A stretch of DNA of 63,121 nt, the filler included, from Nemertoderma westbladi (Eukaryota; Animalia; Xenacoelomorpha), in NCBI GenBank assembly GCA_032718475.1. It is 4 parts of 4 records of this genome, joined end to end, with 100 filler letters (N's around TTAATTAATTAA, not from the genome) between each part and the next. Parts side by side here need not be neighbours in the genome. Positions count along the whole stretch, not along the records: positions 31,006 to 49,449 come from JAUCBJ010006138.1; 3 more parts are not named here. The stretch is one strand, 5' to 3'. The notes under the pieces are model-generated. The model searched no databases. It saw nothing but the letters and a program-made list of their open reading frames with translations, and was not told the origin of the DNA. A program made the position numbers and the translations under genes. Shown here piece by piece: positions 34,230 through 47,531 of this stretch. Numbering within the stretch: position 1 is the first letter of the stretch; each line of letters starts with the position of its first letter.

Positions 34230-34925
34230 ATTGCCTTGCGGATAGTACCGCGATGAATATGTATATGATCAATTTCATAATTTTAAAAGGCGGTTTCTAG
34301 AATATTATTGAACATCGTCGTGGAGGACCATGTCTGAATACCCATCCTTTCTGAAAATGCGTAGGCAGTTAATTGAGCTATAACCATTTTCATTGGTATT
34401 GCTTTCAGGTAACGTAATATGCCATCATAATATCTTGTTGTTAGTAAGGGTCCAACAATGTCAATAGAGATAGGGATAATCTCCCCATGTATGTATGTTT
34501 TACAGTTCGGTAGCTCGCCTTTTGGGGGATTTTATACCGCGACACTCTATATACAAACATCTTGAATTGAACGAAGTGTGGATCTCATTTTTGGGAACCT
34601 AGTCCGCCATTTAAAATTGCCGTACAAGTTTTGTTTATTGAGTAATGGCCTGCTTTATGATATTGCTTGCTACTCTCTCGGAATCTCTGTCAGATAATGC
34701 TTTTATAGCACAAACTGCGTTTGGTACGAATGGAGCGACGTATATATTTGGGAACGTCGTTGACTCTAACGGTAAGCGAGACAAAGTTTCTGCCACAATA
34801 TTTTCTACTCCACGTATATAATTAATATATAATTTAAAGTCTTGTCTTGACTTTTATTCTTTCCAACTTTCTTGTCTATCAATCCAATTAACGGTTTGTG
34901 ATCAGTGTACACTGTTACTTCATGT
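34230..34925 (-). pseudogene. Degraded Ty3/gypsy pol fragment (RNase H end and integrase)
   Basis: Minus strand gives ENIVAETLSRLP (N.VADALSR motif) and then DIVGPL, in gypsy order. Confidence 0.55.
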
Positions 34926-34944
34926 CCCTTCAAGTACATTTAAG

Positions 34945-35090
34945 TAATTTTAGTGTCCCAGTTATTTATCTTAGTTAGAATCCTTAAAACAATATGTTTA
35001 GCGCGTTGAAAATACTTGTCCCTAACTAAAATTATGTCCTCTTTCAGATGAGACAAATAAAAATGTAATTGCTCCAGTCGTTTTCGAGAT
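34945..35090 (-). repeat. Dispersed DNA-transposon internal repeat; reverse-complement copy at about 46710-46853
   Basis: ccagttatttatc...cgcgttgaaa...cctctttcagatgagacaaataaaaat...ttttcgag matches the reverse complement of 46710-46853. Confidence 0.7.
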
Positions 35091-35139
35091 GAGGATAGTT
35101 GATGAGGAGTTCCTGACACCCATTCCAGCCCAGGATATG

Positions 35140-35350
35140 ACTCAACCCAGGGAACCTACTGGAAACAGGGAAGGGACTCCCACTGAATCCAGGGAACCCG
35201 CTAGGAATGGGGCGGGGACAACCACCCAACTCCGGAAACGCGCTGGAACTAGGGAGGGGACAACCACCCAACTTAGGGAACCTAATAGAACCAGGGAGGG
35301 GGCACCCATCTAACCCAGGGAACTTGGTAGATCCAGGGAACCCGCTTGAC
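35140..35350. repeat. Degenerate 42-bp tandem repeat
   Basis: Periodic cccagggaac/accacccaact...agggagggg motifs. Confidence 0.65.
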
Positions 35351-35469
35351 CAAGAGAGGGGACAATCCCTCCACCCGGAGTACCCAGCAGGCACAGTAAG
35401 GGGACATTCACCCAACTTGGAATTCACAATAAACCCGGGGGTAACGAACCTGAACTCACAAGACAATCA

Positions 35470-37177
35470 TCTGCTTCAAAAATGGTATGCCGATGATGGC
35501 AACGTTGCTGGTCGTCTCAAAGAACTAAGGATTTATTGGGAAACGGTTTGTAAAATCGGACCCGGATACGGATATTTCCCGAATGCCTCAAAGTCCTTTC
35601 TTATAGTAAAAGATGAACACTGATCCACTGCAGAGCAGATATTTGAAGGAACAGGTATCCAAATAACAGATGGCCACAGAGTTTTGGGTTCCGTCATCGG
35701 TTCTCAGTGCGCTTGTAAAGAATACATAACCAAATGGGTTGATCAACTCTGCAAACAGTTAACCCGGCTTAACGACTTCGCTAACACAGCACCTCATCCC
35801 ACCTACAGTTGCCTAATATACGGGCTGCAGCCTAAGCTAAACTACTTAAGCAAGAACAACACCAGATTTTATCGACGCCCTCGACAAAATGGAGGAGTAC
35901 ATATCGAACAAAGTAATCCCCACGTTAACTGGCAGATCCCCTCCTGGTTCAATGGAACGGGAACTACTAGCACTTCCGATAAGGGAGGGCGGTTTAGCAA
36001 TCCAACAACTCCTAGATTCTGCCCCCAGTTACAGCTGGTCAGTTAGCCTTTGCGAGCCCTTCTCAGCGCCATCTACAGGCAACGACTTCCGCAACCTGCA
36101 GCGCCCCATTTTAAGCGAGATTCGCAAAGAGAAGGACGCGCTACTGAAGGCGAAGTGTGCTTCATTGGACGAGCAGCTCCCTGCAGAGTTGACATACCAC
36201 CGGGCCCTAGCAAAGGGGAAAGGCGGATCCGCCTGGCTCACAGCCCTCCCTATCGAAAAGTACGGCTTCGCCCTACATAAAACCGCGTTTCGGGATGCGC
36301 TCTGCTTACGATATGGATGGCTGCCGGCCAAATTGCCTTCTCGGTGCGTATGTGGTGCAGCCTATACCATTTCGCACTCCTTACACTGCCCCACTGGAGG
36401 ATACCCCAGTATCCGGCACAACGAGGTGCGCGACTATCTCGCCGAGCTCCTTTCGGAAGTAGCACACGATGTGGAGATCGAACCACATCTCCAACCGGTG
36501 GAAGAAGAACAGTTTCGTCTCGCCAGTACGTCGAGGGATCTGGACGCACGTTTGGACGTTGCGGTTAGCGGCATTTGGGGTGGCCGATTTGAGAGGGTCT
36601 ACATAGACGTGAAGGTGTTTAACCCCTTCTGTTCCTCCAACCCGAGGTCAATCGAATCGGCCTACCAGAAGCACGAGGGGGAAAAGCGCCGTAAATACGA
36701 AGAGCGGATAACTGAAATAGAACACTCCGGTTTCTGTCCCTTCGTTCTAGCCACAACCGGTGGTGCCAGTAGGAGTGCCCATGCTCTAATTAATAGAATT
36801 GCACTTCTACTGTCGGTAAAGAGGGACACACAACTGGCGCTGAGCCCGGTTAGGTTTTGCCCTGCAGCGTTCCGCTCTGATGTGCCTCAGGGGCGCTCGT
36901 GTCCCTAAGACAAGACGGACCTACCAGTCCCTGGGGGAGACTGGCATCCGATGTGCGGTGGCGGAGGCCCACATTCCTGGTGTAGGTACCTAGGGAGGGT
37001 CTATGGTTCACTGGACTGCGACTGGGAATTTTAGTCCCTTTGTGAATCTGGTTGCGGGAGTGTTCGTTTTTATTGTGGTGGATGGAGGGGAGCCTATCGT
37101 TAAATCGTGCTTTATGTGTTCTTTACATTTATCATATGTTAATAATATACGAGTAATTGCGATAAAAAAAAAAAAAA
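35470..37177 (+). mobile_element. CRE-clade non-LTR retrotransposon (RT C-half and restriction-like endonuclease), 5'-truncated and frameshifted
   Basis: WYADDGN...GPGYGYFPNASKS; FRDALCLRYG; CVCG...HSLHC...RHNEVRD; RLDV...YIDVKVFNP...EKRRKY; poly(A) at 37164-37177. Confidence 0.88.
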
Positions 37178-38334
37178 TCCAGCACTTCGGTATAGCCTAC
37201 TATATTATTATTTTGTTGTTGTGTTGTGTTGAATTCATTATGAACAATCGAAAGTGAGATTATAAGTCAAAACACCTATTTTTAATAAACACAAAACCAG
37301 AGTTGGCAGAACGAAACGAAACGAAAGAACTTTCGTTTCGTTTTCAACAAATTTGTTTCGTTTCGTTTTTACAAATCCGATCAAATGTTTTGTTTTGTTT
37401 TTTTATCAATCTATTACATTTTCGTTTCGTTTCATAGATTTTAAATTCGTGTTTCGTTTCGTTTCTTGTAAAATTGTTGATTTTATCAAATAAAGGTTTT
37501 AAATATAACCTCCTCCGCCCCCCATCAACACCATGATATTGAAGTATAATGTAGTACACAATACACTAGTACAGTATAAAATAGTTCATTATAATTCTAT
37601 CAATATACTGTACAGCTGGTGTTGACTCCACCCGACTTTTTGCGGGATGTCTCCTTTTTACACTCTATATAAGGCACGTGTAACACTTAAGGAATTAAAT
37701 GTCAAAGATTTTGGTCAAAGTTGTAAAATTTGAACCGCTAAACGGATTTCTGTCATTCAAGTATCGTTCGAAAGCTAATTTTCGGCTCTTTAACATAATA
37801 TATAAATTGTAAAATTGTAGCACATATTTAATTATACACAACATGAGAAAGTAAATCCCAAAATACATAAAAACGTAGACTTGTCAATGATTTGTGTTGT
37901 TTTGGAAGTGGTGGCTTCATAATAGATCGAAAATTATGAATTAAAAACAAGTTTATGCAAATATATTACATACCTATGTGATCCTCATATAATTTACAGT
38001 TCAGTAAAACTACTTGCATTACATTAGCATCGATTTTATCGAGACAGGAAACCAAAATATAAAGTATATGGAAATTCTATGTGTCGTAAAACCTCTGTAA
38101 CCACTTATTTTCATAAAAAAATTATATCTTGAAATTTCAGTGTTAAATTTCATATATAATTTTTCTATACTAAAATTTTATGTTCTATTCGGTGTAACCA
38201 TCCAAAATATCATATCTACAGTATTAGCGGTATGAAATTGGGTAAAGTTTATTACAACTACGCGAAATATAGAGACAAGCTGTCTTGGAAATCAAAATTC
38301 AAGGCTATAAAAAAAAATCAGAGACTGTCCTTAA

Positions 38335-39956
38335 CCCTTTCACTACTGATTCAAGATTGTATGTGTTCCCCACGTACTGATGTCTGTCGGTCTTTCTGTC
38401 AGTTTGTCTGTCAAGACTTAAGAAAGAATTAAATCTACTAACATTCTCGCTTTGGGGGTTTTAAGGGTTGGTGATTTCATTTCTGATGTCAGTTTTTACG
38501 ACTGACCAACTCTAGGCTGTCTGTGTCTGTATGTATGTCTGTTTGTCTGTCAGTCTGTCTGTCAAAAAATAAGGTAGCATATTATGTAATAAAAACATTC
38601 GCTATGGGGTTTTCTAGGTCTCTGATTTCATTTCTGATGTCATTTTTAACGACTGACCAACTCTAGGCTGACTGTGTCTGTATGTATGTATGTTTGTCTG
38701 TCAGTCTGTTTGTCAAAAAATAAGGAAGCATATTATGTAATAAAAACATTCGCTATGGGGGTTTTCTAGGTCTCCGATTTCATTTCTGATGTCAGTTTTT
38801 ACGACTGACCAACTCTAGGCTGTCTGTGTCTGTATGTATGTCTGTTTGTCTATCAGTCTGTCTGTCAAAAAATAAGGAAGCATATTATGTAATAAAAACA
38901 TTCGCTATGGGGGTTTTCTAGGTCTCTGATTTCATTTCTGATATCACTTTTTACGACTGACCAACTCTAGGCTGTCTGTGTCTGTATGTATGTCTGTTTG
39001 TCTATCAGTCTGTCTGTCAAAAAATAAGGAAGCATATTATGTAATAAAAACATTCGCTATGGGGGTTTTCTAGGTCTCTGATTTCATTTCTGATATCACT
39101 TTTTACGACTGACCAACTCTATGCTGTCTGTGTCTGTCTGTTGGTCTGTCACACAGTGTGTCGTGAGTCGAGCCAGGCGTGAAAACTGACATCAGAAATG
39201 AAATCAGAGACCTGGAAAACCCCCACTTATTTTTTGACAGACAGACTGACAGACAGACAAACAGATATACAGACATACATACAGACACAGACAGCCTAGA
39301 GTTGGTCAGTCGTAAAAACTGACATCAGAAATGAAATCAGAGACCTGGAAAACCCCCATGGCGAATGTTTTCATTACATAATATGCTTCCGTATTTTTTG
39401 ACTGACAGACAAACAGACATACATACAGACACAGACAGCCTAGAGTTGGCCAGTCGTAAAAACTGACATCAGAAATGAAATCAGAGACCTGGAAAACCCC
39501 CATGGCGAATGTTTTCATTACATAATATGCTTCCGTATTTTTTGACTGACAGACAAACATACATACAGACATACATACAGACACAGACAGCCTAGAGTTG
39601 GTCAGTCGTAAAAACTGACATCAGAAATGAGATCAGCTACCTGGAAAACCCCCATGGCGAATGTTTTTATTACATAATATGCTTCCTTATTTTTTGACAG
39701 ACAGACTGACAGACATTTTATTACCAGTACCAGCAGGCCTTTATATTCCATTATACTTACTGCTCTACAGCCCTACCAAAAACCAAAACAACCAATTAAT
39801 TCTGTTATGAGGAAGAGTACTGAACATGTAATGGGTGTGTCAGCTATCAGACTGACATGTTTAGGTGGCCATAGAGCTCCTAGTACTTCGTGGCATAACA
39901 CCTAGGCCATAGTACAGTAGGTGTGACCTAACTGTTATGCCATAGTAGTGAAAGGG
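38335..39956. mobile_element. piggyBac-type non-autonomous element containing inverted 152-bp tandem arrays
   Basis: TTAA|CCCTTTCACTACT ... AGTAGTGAAAGGG|TTAA. About 5 forward units (38440-39150) face about 4 reversed units (39180-39715). Confidence 0.85.
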
Positions 39957-40676
39957 TTAAAAATCCCCGGTTATGCTTCCAAGACTACACATAGTGTTAG
40001 GCTTCATATGCATTAAGTGTCATATTTTTAATGAAATGTAGTTTGGTTACAGGAGCTAGATTTTCCAAGACTAGGCCTATTAAAAAAAAGTAGTCTTGTC
40101 AACGTAGACTTGTCAAATATTGAGTCGTTTTGTCCCTAAATATGGTAGTCTTGTAACAATAACTTCGTGAATACTGTATATAAATTATTGGACAAGTTTA
40201 CATATTTTTCTTGACAAGTTACATATGAAATGCGTAACTTGTCAACAATAATCCCATAGGCGTACAGGGCAGGGGGTATTCTTTATGGGCCGAAATTACA
40301 GGCATAATGAAGGGCAAAATTGTTGGGTATTAACCCTTAAACTGGTGGAAAGTCATATATGAGTTTTGGCAGTTCCAATTCCACTTGGTGGGTTTTTTTT
40401 AATTCATGTGTTTGACTTGGTGAAAACTCATATATGAGTTTATGAGCAATCGTCCTGACTTGGTAGAGGTTATATTTTTCTGCTATTCCTCCTTGGTGAG
40501 AGTTTTTCTTCTACTTGAGAAAGTTTAAAAAAATTTTATGTGAAGTTATGAATTGAATGCGAAATGATATCAGTTTGGAATACATAAAAAGAATGACTTG
40601 AAAATTATTCCTAACTTTCTCGAAGTGGCAAATACAATAAGTAAAATATAAAAGTTGTTTATCTAGTATTCAAGTA

Positions 40677-40799
40677 AACCATGACCCGTAATATAGTGTC
40701 ATTTTCTCATAAAGATTTGTAGAAAAATCTGGGGGGGGGGGGGGGGGGGGGGGGGGGTCCGTGTCATCAGAAAATGACACTATATTACGGGTCATGGTG
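40677..40799. mobile_element. Tiny MITE (30-bp perfect IR around a poly-G core, TA flanks)
   Basis: accatgacccgtaatatagtgtcattttct (40678-40707) and its reverse complement (40769-40798). Confidence 0.75.
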
Positions 40800-41412
40800 T
40801 ATATTATAATTAATATTAACATATCCACACATAGGACTATCCTAACATTGCCATACCAGTAAACATATAAGTAAACATGTAATTTTCATCCGATCAGTTA
40901 TTCATTGTCACTCATTTTAACATCTAATTCTGATTCTGCCCAGAAGTTCCTTCTCGTGTGGTAGATTTCGAAACATAGTATAGTGCACAGATGTATAATA
41001 TGATGTAAAGATGTATAATATGATGTAAAGATGTATAATACACACGGCACACGGCACTTAATAGATAAAAATAGATAAAATACTAAATAAATATAAAAAT
41101 TAATAAATAAAAATAACGGCGAATTAGTTCAAAACATTAAATTAGCGATAGACAGCGTAATTTTCAACTTCAGAGGAAGTTATACAGTATAAATATATCA
41201 TCTGAAAGAGGAGAAACTCACCTTCAACCTGGTGCTTATAGTTTGTCTCTATGACTTATAATAATGAAACGGCCTTTAGTTGAAATTAGATAATTTTCCC
41301 ACACTTTACTACCGCGTAGTTTAGCATGTACATGTAGTGATCGTCTGGCGCCGATTCAACTACTGTTGTAAAGCTTATCAACTGCCCAATACAATAGGCT
41401 ATTGTCGTCGAC

Positions 41413-42130
41413 GGATGTAGGACAATTCGGTCCCGGACAATTCGGTCCCAAAACACTAAATAAATGGGATCGAATTGTCCGGGATCGAATTGTCCGGGAC
41501 CAAATTGTCTGGTTCCTGATAGCAACTTTTTAGTGCGTTTTTGATATTGGTGAATGTTCTAGAATATTAGTAGAGATATTTTTATATGGTAGCTAGTGTT
41601 TTTTACTAGCTAGAATTTTTTTTAATTTAAAAAATACTGTATTTTTTTCTATTTTTGTTATTGGTTAGTATTCGAGAACATAATTATTATACATTATTTA
41701 TTAAGGTGTAGCTAGTGTTTTCTTTACTAGCTAGCATTTTCTTGAAATTATAATAAAACTTGTGAAAACATTGATATTTCAGAATTAGGCCTAAACTGTT
41801 GCAGATTATATTAATTACCAAAAATATGTATGATATTATAACAATCCCTGAATGTGATCCAGCTATTATCTAGGATAATAATTTAGGCTTGTTAACCAAC
41901 CAACAACACGGTACCGGACAATTCGGTCCCATTACTATGTATGTTTTGGGACCGAATTGTCCTAGTCAGTATCCGGACAATTCGCTCCCAAAACACAAAA
42001 TTAATGGGACCGAATTGTCCGGGACAGAATTGTCCGGTACCGAATTGTCCGGACCGAATTGTCCGGGACCGAATTGACCGGGACCGAATTGTCCGGACCG
42101 AATTTTCCGGGACCGAATTGTCCTGCTTCC
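41413..42130. mobile_element. Mutator/MULE-type non-autonomous element with 15-bp subterminal repeats
   Basis: 9-bp TSD GTCGTCGAC (41404-41412 and 42131-42139), GG...CC ends, ggacaattcggtccc repeats. Confidence 0.8.
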
Positions 42131-45100
42131 GTCGTCGACATACATTATAAGTCAATGCTTCTTTCCTGACAGCTGATAAACAATAGTATAGCCGAAACTC
42201 AAATGTGAGTTTTCACTAAGTCAGAATAGATTTAAAGAAAAGTTCCCACCAAGTAGAACTTACTCTCATTAAACTCATATTTCAGTTTACACCAAGTCAG
42301 AATAGATTACATCAAAAATTCCCACCAAGTACAGTAGAACTAACAATCGCAAAACTCATATTTGAGTTTTCACCAAGTGAGGTGGCGTTTTAGAAAAACC
42401 CTCCCAGTTTAAGGGTTAAAGCTTTTTCCAACAGTACAGTATTATATTACTGCAGAGGTGAAGGTCCACTGTTATATACCGAACGGAAATATACAAGGGT
42501 CAATAAGCTTAAAAGTGGCCAATGGTTTGTCCGGAAGTTACGATATAATTTTAAATGCTTTAATTTATTCGTATGTAATAAAGTTATATATTATTTTGTA
42601 GCTAATTTATTTGCGCAGCTTACGCACTAAAAATTATCAAAATCTGTAAAGGCAGTGAAAAGATATGCCCCATCAAAGACTGAAATATCGTGAAAATCAG
42701 TTGTCCCTTACATGACACGACCACAAACAACTGTAAATTTTATCACTCCAAGTGGCAAATATATAGGAAACCTATATGTTGTTGGAAAGCTTAGATGTTT
42801 TGCTTTTTTTTCAGATTTATTTCAGGCCATAATATTCATGTTGAACCATTTGAGATCGATACATAAAATGGGCATGGATGTTTCATTTTTTGTGTCACAT
42901 CTGTAACATTTACGTCTAGAATCTGAAGTAGTAACTGTAGGTTTACAGTTTTGATATATTTAGAATCTACAGGTTTCTAACATATATAGACCAAATATCA
43001 CATACAAAGGGTAAGGTCATCTCATTTGGGAAGCATTTATGTTTAACAAAGTCAATATAGAAAGCATAAACGTCCATATCTGTAACGCTACAAAATGTGG
43101 CCATAGATTTTGATAATATTAATCTCATACAAGTATAATGGTACGTGTGGAAAGGCAATTTTAATTTATGCCGCATCAACCCCAAGAGTTGATGTGATAA
43201 ATAAACACCTAGGATGTATGGCGGTGGTAAGCGATTTTGTCAACCATCTGTAACGCGTCACCGTTACAGTGGAGTGCGTTACAGATAAGGGCATGTCTCA
43301 TCTGTAACGCACTATATAACCAGTTATCGATGCGTTACAGACTGTAGGTTTTCAGTCCTATCTATATGACAGTCCTATCTGTAACGGAGTGTCATCCTGA
43401 AATACAATAAGGCATCACTGACAATACTTGAATGCCTACGCGTTTGATAACGTTCTTCGTCTTCCTACTGACATCCTAACCGCTCATGGTAATGTGGTAG
43501 TGTAAGATGGGTAAGTGTAAAACGCGGAACCGGATGCAGGATCCGGATCGGTACCCGGATTTTGAGGTTAAAACGCGGATCCGGATTTTGATGAAATCCG
43601 GAAATGATTGCAAAATGCGAATTCAAGCTAATTTTCATTGCCAAGTGTTACTGGATCCCATAAGGGGAGTAAAACACGGATTCATGTTTATCTCTATCCG
43701 GGAAGAGGTGATTGTGGATTCTGGGGAGTAAAGCGCAGATTCACTTCACATATGAAATTGTATGAATCCAGAGCTTCTGGGTCCGTGGTAAATAATTTAG
43801 AAATTAATTGCAAGTATATACAATCTCTGTCCTATACATTTTATGTATTAATAAAATGTGCATTCTGGAAAATTTTGCTTCATTTCGTTTAGAATTGTAA
43901 AAGATACATTTCCTAAAAGACGGTGTTTTTTTAACATACAATATATTGTGCAGACGGTCCTTTGCTTTGCCCAATGTTTTGTTTTTCGTTTTTCATGATT
44001 AGGGTCTGCAGACGTACAGTATATAGATAGACTTCAATAAATTTGTATGTCTAATTTCATCTGACATGAAGCAATAAATAAACATCAAATTAAATAATCC
44101 AGTGACTGTTATCAGTGAGTCTTGTGTAACTTCAATGTAAGATTATAATTTACTCTAATGATTAAATACTCTAATGCGTATAAAAGGCCTATATTTTACT
44201 TTCAATTTCTAAATCATTGCCTTAACATCACTTACTGACTTACATGACGGATTTGTGCACTACTTATATTATTGTGATAAGTTTAGTCAGATCCGTTTAT
44301 TGGATGAGGTAATGGACGTCTCTGAATCAGTTGCAGAGAAACGCCAGGGAGCCGTTAAATAAGTACAGAGAACAAATTGACCGCGGTTGTTATACAGAGT
44401 ATTTTAAACAAGCATATAAAAAGCGGCGCGATAGAGAAAATTTAACACGGGGTAAAGAAAAATCGTGTAAAACAAGATTATGGGTTACACAGAAAAATGT
44501 TAATGAAAAACATTTTCTATTTATTGGAAATCATGTGTATTAAGTACATATAATTTAGTGGATGCGATGGTTATGGTCAGATATCGCTGTTTGTTACAGA
44601 TGTTTGTCCAATAAATTACCATATTGTCGAAGCAATAAGTTATAAATACTGCAAAATCCATAACATAATTACCGTTACAGATGGCCGTTACAGACGTTTG
44701 TCCCATAAATGTCATCACTGTAATGCGTTACAGTGGTAGACAAAAACGTTACAGATATGACATTAGTTTTTGCCATATTTCTCCCTTTGAGCAGCGCGTC
44801 ATGCTCTCCCTCTACCATCACAAGATTCGCCATGAAATTATCTTTCGAATGGTGTATGGTTTTGCACTAATTTCCGACAAAAAATTTTTGGTCAATTTGT
44901 ACCCATTTCTGGCCACTGTTAAGCTTATTGACCCACAAGCGTTAGTTTTATCAAAGTATTACATTGTTTAAAAAGTTTGATTTAAATGTGCAAAATCCCA
45001 ACATTGTTAAAAAAAATGTACATGATGTAAATGTAATAAATGTAAATTTAAATGATGTAAATGAAAGGATAAAAATTGAAAGCAAATTTCATTATTTCAT

Positions 45101-45829
45101 TTATGTAAAGTCTGTCCCGTTAGCGGTAATTTTTTGATTTAGGCTAATCAATAATATTGTAATGAATGAACTGAACAGTAGGTATGTAGGGCTTAATGAT
45201 GAAATACTCTGTAATAAGCAAGTTTCCAAGGTTACAATGTAGTCTTGGAAGTTGTACAAGACTACAAAATGTAGTCTTGTCAAGCGTAGACTTGTCTGCG
45301 ATTTGTAGTCTGGGAGACGGAATTGTACGATTTTACCACATTCCACACAGCTACCACACAGCAACAACACACAGCCCACACACACAGCAACAGTTGTCAA
45401 GCGCAGTTGATTGGCTAATATAAAGTATAATATTGCAGTATCTAAAATAAAACAAATAATAAATGTAGCTAAGTATTTATTTGGATGTGTATTTGTGTTG
45501 TGTTAAGAATCGATTATAGGATAGCGGTATGGAGGCAAATTATTCATATCAAGTTAATATTCTAGAATAATATTTATTTCGCCCATACCTGTACCGTAGA
45601 GCTGTAGCTAAAAACAAATATAGCTAGCTAAATACTGCCAGGCGTTTCATTAATAGATTTTTTAATCGTTTTTACAACGAACAATGCGGGATGTGTAGAT
45701 TAGCACTAGATGGAAATTATTTAGTTTTTTTGTCCAGTGATTTAGCTAGCTGGTAAAAATTCTAGAATTTTAAGGAGCATTTTTCAATAGTAGCTACAGG
45801 GATGCAAGTAAAAGTTATTATACAGTTAT

Positions 45830-46081
45830 TGGTTCCCCGAACACGCCTCTGCAACCTGCTCCTTTACTAACCTGCTCTATTAAATGGCAATGGAACCTAG
45901 CGCTATTTGGGACCTAACGCTATTTGGGACATAACGCTATTTGGGACCTAACGCTATTGTGGACCTAACGGTCTTTGTGACCTATCGCGACTTTACCTCT
46001 TTGTGTTGTACAGGTCCCATTGCCATTTAAAGGAGTAGGTTAGAAAATGAGCAGGTTACAGAGGCGTGTTCGGGGAACCAA
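45830..46081. mobile_element. MITE with ~70-bp TIRs and internal 17-bp repeats
   Basis: tggttccccgaacacgcctctg...aaatggcaatgg and its mirror; gggacctaacgctattt repeats. Confidence 0.8.
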
Positions 46082-46211
46082 AACAATAAACGAAAGTTAA
46101 CACATGTTACAAGATTATGCAAGTTAATTAATTAGGCCATTTGTCTTTGTTTTGTACTCACCCCATATAACCACTCAATTAATTGTATTAATTTATAACT
46201 ACAATTTATAT

Positions 46212-46385
46212 TCAATAGGGGCGATCCTCGCAGAAGTAGATACGTGCACTTATGTTTGGGTTCTCGGCATCATGTCTCCCAGATTTGGTGAACCACAGCT
46301 TTCTTATTTTTATTCCACGCGGAGCACTTACAAATTGACATTTGATGGAATTATTGGGGCATTTTAGCACACCGCAATATTTTGT
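46212..46385 (-). pseudogene. THAP zinc-finger domain fragment (probably transposon-derived)
   Basis: YCGVLKCPNN...FVSAP...RKLW...IYFCEDR fits the C-x4-C...P...W...C-x2-(H) THAP pattern with the His lost. Confidence 0.6.
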
Positions 46386-47189
46386 CGCACTTGACGAACC
46401 CCGCTCCATTACGTGAGCGTCTTGTGGCATTTGCGACCTTGTCAATAATTATCCTATATTTGCTATCTCTTTATTTGATGTATTTTAGTGGATATATTAT
46501 TTTTAGTATAAACGCGGCTACTGTCCGTATTTACTTCTAGTAGTAGGCCAATATATTTTGAGTTAGCTATTTAACTACAACTGAACTGCTCAACACATCA
46601 AATAATCGTAATATGGTTATATCAAAGTCTTTAAAGGGATAGAGGAGTATTTTGAGTGATAATTTTGTATCAATTCTGAAAGGTTGGTGACATCTGCCAG
46701 GAATTCCCCTTAACTCGAAAACTACTGGGGCTATTTAATTTTTATTTGTCTCATCTGAAAGAGGAGATAATTTGCGTTAGGACCGAGTACTTTCAACGCG
46801 CTGGACCTGTTGTTTATGGGATTCTAACCAGGATAAATAACTGGCCCACTAAATTGAGGAGCTTTGCAACGGCTTGGCGGGTCGGGTCGTATAGTAGGCC
46901 TAAGACATGACCGCATTGATGTTTTGTAGCAGAGGAAGTGGTGGACAGATGGTCTCAACCGAGCTGACAAAAATTGTGTCCATTCACATTTCACTCGCTC
47001 CGTAGCGTCGGATAATTACTACCCCCCTCTCACTCCTCTACTAAAAAATATTTATTATTACAAAATGTATTTTTATTTTATCAAAAAAAATTTAACTGTA
47101 ACCTGTTATTTAAATTTCCTTTATTATTTTGGTTATACTACTACGATCGGCATGCTGCATTGCAGCTGCATTATTACATATATATTAAG

Positions 47190-47531
47190 AATGCTGTGCC
47201 GGCTTGTCGACAATATTGCACCGCCACAACTCCCTATCACCCATGACATTTGCTAGATCATCCGCATCTTCAAGGCCAGTGTCCTTTAAGATGCGTCTCA
47301 AGAAAGTCATGGGCTGTCCAAGTGTCCACCATGCTTATTCACTCCATGAGGCCACCAAAGCACAAGATTATGCACTGACTGGTCCTCACGGCGAAAGCAA
47401 TGTCCTGCAAAGCGGAGGCGGCTTTGTTCTAGTGTCAAGCTTGGGCTAACCAATGGGACACCTCCAATGTTATATAGTGTCTGGTTGGAGATGTGTGATT
47501 TGTACTTGATACAGTGAACCCGCCGTAGCAT
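47190..47531 (-). mobile_element. RTE-clade LINE 3' remnant
   Basis: SHISNQTLY...SRLRFAGHCFRRED..VHNLVLW. Confidence 0.8.

Larger units (their letters stand above)
40334..42415. mobile_element. piggyBac-type non-autonomous element
   Basis: TTAA|CCCTTAAACTGG ... CCAGTTTAAGGG|TTAA, with mirrored subterminal cttggtg/aaactcata motifs. Confidence 0.85.

Noticed and set aside
41889-42155. GPNCP/RDRIV repeat ORFs
   Set aside because: Subterminal 15-bp repeats of a MULE-type element.
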